From an uncultured virus (IMG/VR IMGVR_UViG_3300042987_003191) (lineage: Duplodnaviria > Heunggongvirae > Uroviricota > Caudoviricetes), in IMG/VR virus record IMGVR_UViG_3300042987_003191: a stretch of DNA of 64,000 nt, one strand, 5' to 3'. This document shows positions 61,293-64,000 of this stretch, one piece after another; the stretch's first letter is position 1; each line of letters begins with the position of its first letter. The notes under the pieces are model-generated. The model was given only the letters and a program-made list of their open reading frames with translations. It was not told where the DNA came from and made no database searches. The translations under genes and the position numbers were made by a program.

Positions 61293-62024
61293 CTAAGCCT
61301 TGCCGTAGGCAGGTAAATTTAGCGCATTTGTTTCAAAAAAAGCTGGGACAGTTGAGGCTCTGGTCTCATTCAGCTCAGGAGCCCTTCCATTGATGAACAA
61401 CGCATCACTCTGGCGCAGCCAAAAATCTTTATCAAGATATTTATTAGACGACGCGCCAAGCTTGTCATAAATCCATAGCGCCGTCATCTTGCGCAGTTTA
61501 TTCAAGCTTTCGCCATATTTCTCTCCAGCTTCTTCGCAGATTTTGGTGTGGCAATAAGCGTGACAGATCTCGTCGCGAGAAATGTCAGTTGCCACAGTAC
61601 GCAGTCCTTTATCTCCATTGAAGCGGAAGAAAGGAAGAATGGTAAAGAATAGACTCCGCTCAAGCACAGCCACTTTTGCCATGGGGTGAGCAGGATGTTC
61701 AGTCCATGCTTGGCGAATCTTAAGAGCTTCTTGTTCTGCTTTCTCATCTACGCCATGAGCAGCCGCCACATAATTCAACGCCTCATCATGACGCTCTTCA
61801 TCCTTGATGTTGCTATAAATGCTCTCCACTAGGCCCGGCGTATTGGGGAGCTCACGCTCAAGCCCTTCCAGCAGCATATCCTTCACGGGAAGCTCAAGAT
61901 GACGAATGGCCAATGCACGAAAAATGGTCTCTTCCGAGCCATTGACAAATTCCCCTTTAGTAACAGGCACTGCCTGCCAAGGGCGCTTGCGAGCAACTGC
62001 CGAGAAATAATCTTGAACTGCCAT
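61293..62024 (-). CDS. nrdB: ribonucleotide reductase class I beta subunit (short ferritin-like)
   Basis: ELPV, DEERH, LE..LFF, DE..H carboxylate/His ligands; directly downstream of the alpha subunit. Confidence 0.75.
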   Translation of the reverse strand: MAVQDYFSAVARKRPWQAVPVTKGEFVNGSEETIFRALAIRHLELPVKDMLLEGLERELPNTPGLVESIYSNIKDEERHDEALNYVAAAHGVDEKAEQEALKIRQAWTEHPAHPMAKVAVLERSLFFTILPFFRFNGDKGLRTVATDISRDEICHAYCHTKICEEAGEKYGESLNKLRKMTALWIYDKLGASSNKYLDKDFWLRQSDALFINGRAPELNETRASTVPAFFETNALNLPAYGKA

Positions 62025-62059
62025 TTTGATTACAAACGATGGTGAAAAGAGACAACAAA

Positions 62060-62077
62060 GGGCAGCAAAAGCTGCCC
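62060..62077 (-). terminator. intergenic hairpin between RNR genes
   Basis: GGGCAGC-tttt-GCTGCCC followed by TTTGTT on the minus strand. Confidence 0.45.
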
Positions 62078-62092
62078 GTTAATCAATCGGGA

Positions 62093-63523
62093 CTACTCAG
62101 CGCAAGAGCTGCAGAAGCCCCCATCCAATGAACAACTTTCGCTCTCCTCAAGGGAAAAGAAGCTGCTCAGGCTCTCCCCTAATTCTACTCCAACATCGTC
62201 TTTAGCTTGAGTGCCAGCTTGCACTTGAAGGGCGTAATAAACAGAAGTTTGCGGACTATCAAGCCACTCTTGAATGAAACTTTCATCACAAGAAACAAGA
62301 TCAGACCACCAATTCATTGAATAACCATGGAACAAACCAGTGCGGTGGAAAAGTTCGCAAATGCCATCAGCGACTTTACGGAAAGTAGTCCAGCCAACTT
62401 CTTCAGCGATCTCCACCGGTCCATATTCAAAACGCTCTACGCCCATGGTTTCGCTATCGCGATCCACAAGGCGATCAATGGGAGGAGCGATTTCCGGGGC
62501 TGCAGTAAAGCCGCGAGTGTCTAGGTAGCGATAGGAGCAGGAGGCAGTGGGAGCAATGCAGAATGCACGCTCCATGCCGTGCTCGCGGGCAATGTCAGCA
62601 GCAGTATCAATGCCTTGATACAAAGCGTGGACGGCTTTTCCGGCCACGGTGTCTGTCCAATGGTGAACCCAGGGATGTGGGTCTTCCATTAGGAAGGCAT
62701 CAAGAGCCTCGCCAAATTCTTTGTAGCTAATTCCATGGATGGAAAGAAAATTAGCAAGGCCAAGTATCCCAAGACCCACCTGCTTATCAATGGAAGGAGA
62801 AAGATATTCTCCGGTATCGCCAACGCCAGTATTTGGATGGAGAGCACAAAGCTGGCTCATTCCTTCAGCAAAAGCTCCCGCAACGCCATCCAACGTGCAT
62901 GCACCCAAATTAACGTGCTGAAGAAGACAAGTACCGCGATGCGGAAGATATACTTCAAGGCAAACGTTTGGTCGCAGCCGCTTTCCATTATTGTCGTGGC
63001 GGATTTTGTTGAGCCAGAGATCGCCAGAAGAGATGGCACGAAGACAGGCATTGATCAGCTCAGGAGACGATGCGGAAAGAAAATTATTGTCAACGTTTAA
63101 ACAACGCTTCGCCCATGGCAATTCACTCCTGGAGGTGGAAACAAATTCAATGGCATCAGGATGCGTATAGTCCAAGTGCAACGTAACTGCACCATTGCGA
63201 AATTTTCCACCACGACGAAGAATTTCATTGAGTTTGCTATAAATTTTTGCAAAGCTTACTGGTCCGCTAGCAATCAGTCCTTTGCCATTGTCTTCACCCT
63301 TGGGGCGCAGTTCAGAAAGATGCACTGCAGCGCCAGCAGCATTACGTAGAGCATGGCTCACAAAACGCCACGAGGCCTCAATGCCATCCGGCCCCTCCAT
63401 TGAATCATCTACGACAAACGTGGTGCAGCTAACGGCAAGCCTGCTTTCAGGATCATCAAGCCAATCTTGCACCCTGCCAGTACGAGCAATCGGCTCACAT
63501 TTTGCCTTTTCCTTCAGCTTCAT
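62093..63523 (-). CDS. nrdA: ribonucleotide reductase alpha subunit (compact cyanophage type)
   Basis: VSC, ASGPVSF, NVCLE catalytic loop, IAPTASCS, YY pair, C-terminal CSSCAE. Confidence 0.88.
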   Translation of the reverse strand: MKLKEKAKCEPIARTGRVQDWLDDPESRLAVSCTTFVVDDSMEGPDGIEASWRFVSHALRNAAGAAVHLSELRPKGEDNGKGLIASGPVSFAKIYSKLNEILRRGGKFRNGAVTLHLDYTHPDAIEFVSTSRSELPWAKRCLNVDNNFLSASSPELINACLRAISSGDLWLNKIRHDNNGKRLRPNVCLEVYLPHRGTCLLQHVNLGACTLDGVAGAFAEGMSQLCALHPNTGVGDTGEYLSPSIDKQVGLGILGLANFLSIHGISYKEFGEALDAFLMEDPHPWVHHWTDTVAGKAVHALYQGIDTAADIAREHGMERAFCIAPTASCSYRYLDTRGFTAAPEIAPPIDRLVDRDSETMGVERFEYGPVEIAEEVGWTTFRKVADGICELFHRTGLFHGYSMNWWSDLVSCDESFIQEWLDSPQTSVYYALQVQAGTQAKDDVGVELGESLSSFFSLEESESCSLDGGFCSSCAE

Positions 63524-63608
63524 AAGACGACAAAGGCCCGCATCGCGGGCCGAGAATCAACCAAGGCAGGCTAGCGCAAGAAGACCATGGAAAAGAGAAA
63601 GGAAAGCT

Positions 63609-63800
63609 TTAATCGCAAAGCCCCTCTGGGTCATCCGTTGTCAACAAGTCCTTCACAAACAATTTGGCTTCATTAGTGGTGCGGAAATAATGAGGCTGGC
63701 CATTAATGGCAGCAAACCATTGAAACTCTGGCTTGCTAAAGCATGGCCATAATTTATACGGACCAATATTAAATGGTTGACGATCAGGCAGGCCCCACAT
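63609..63800 (-). CDS. hypothetical protein
   Basis: 63-aa ORF with ATG start. Confidence 0.55.
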   Translation of the reverse strand: MWGLPDRQPFNIGPYKLWPCFSKPEFQWFAAINGQPHYFRTTNEAKLFVKDLLTTDDPEGLCD

Positions 63801-64000
63801 AATGCTTTTGCGAAGATCATCTTACGCTAGTTCTTTTCTATGAAATGAAAAGCAGCATTTAATACAATCTTTCTTTTTAATCAAGTCTTAAGCTTCTTGC
63901 GCTTTTGCGTTTCTGCGTATTTTCCTTTTCTGTCTTGATAAGCTCGCTTTCACCTTTTGGAAGCAAGGCAAACGTTTTGCCAGGCTTTTTCGCAATCATT

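Noticed and set aside
60902..61316. ORFs overlapping the tRNA region
   Set aside because: They run across a clear tRNA and paired segments.
1..64000. CRISPR array, integrase, DNA polymerase, photosystem genes, introns or inteins
   Set aside because: No regularly spaced repeats or diagnostic motifs found by eye; terL, nrdA and the helicase appear uninterrupted. Such genes could lie outside the window.

Overview
The window is 64 kb of a tailed dsDNA phage genome with siphovirus-type morphogenesis genes. It very probably infects a picocyanobacterium. That host is inferred from a glutamine-II (Downstream-peptide) riboswitch with its DUF4278-like ORF, a CP12-like C-terminal motif, a short cyanophage-type class I ribonucleotide reductase pair and several typical cyanophage small proteins. 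Layout: small accessory genes, an RlpA-like gene and a TerS-like gene (1-7 kb); replication, recombination and nucleotide metabolism (primase-helicase, Sak3-like annealase, exonuclease, dcd, thyX; 7.5-16.5 kb); lysis (17-18.4 kb); a long minus-strand tail and head module (19-55.7 kb) interrupted by a 7-gene glycosyltransferase/sugar-enzyme cluster; TerL with a GIY-YIG endonuclease (56-58 kb); and an RNA-rich region plus RNR (58.6-63.5 kb). No integrase, DNA polymerase or CRISPR array was seen. Main unusual observations: (1) three genes end in the same in-frame A_AAA_AAG -1 slippery heptamer with an open -1 extension and a candidate stimulator; one is the classical tail chaperone, the other two are a head-module protein and the Sak3-like recombinase; (2) several 170-230 nt intergenic segments have their own extended -10 promoter and fold by eye into multibranched RNAs I cannot assign to a family; (3) a tRNA-like element with a non-canonical anticodon loop; (4) a probable virion-glycosylation cluster carrying its own sugar-modifying enzymes; (5) a recurrent [R/K]-x-D motif at domain boundaries of head proteins. 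All family assignments come from motif recognition by eye, not from database searches.
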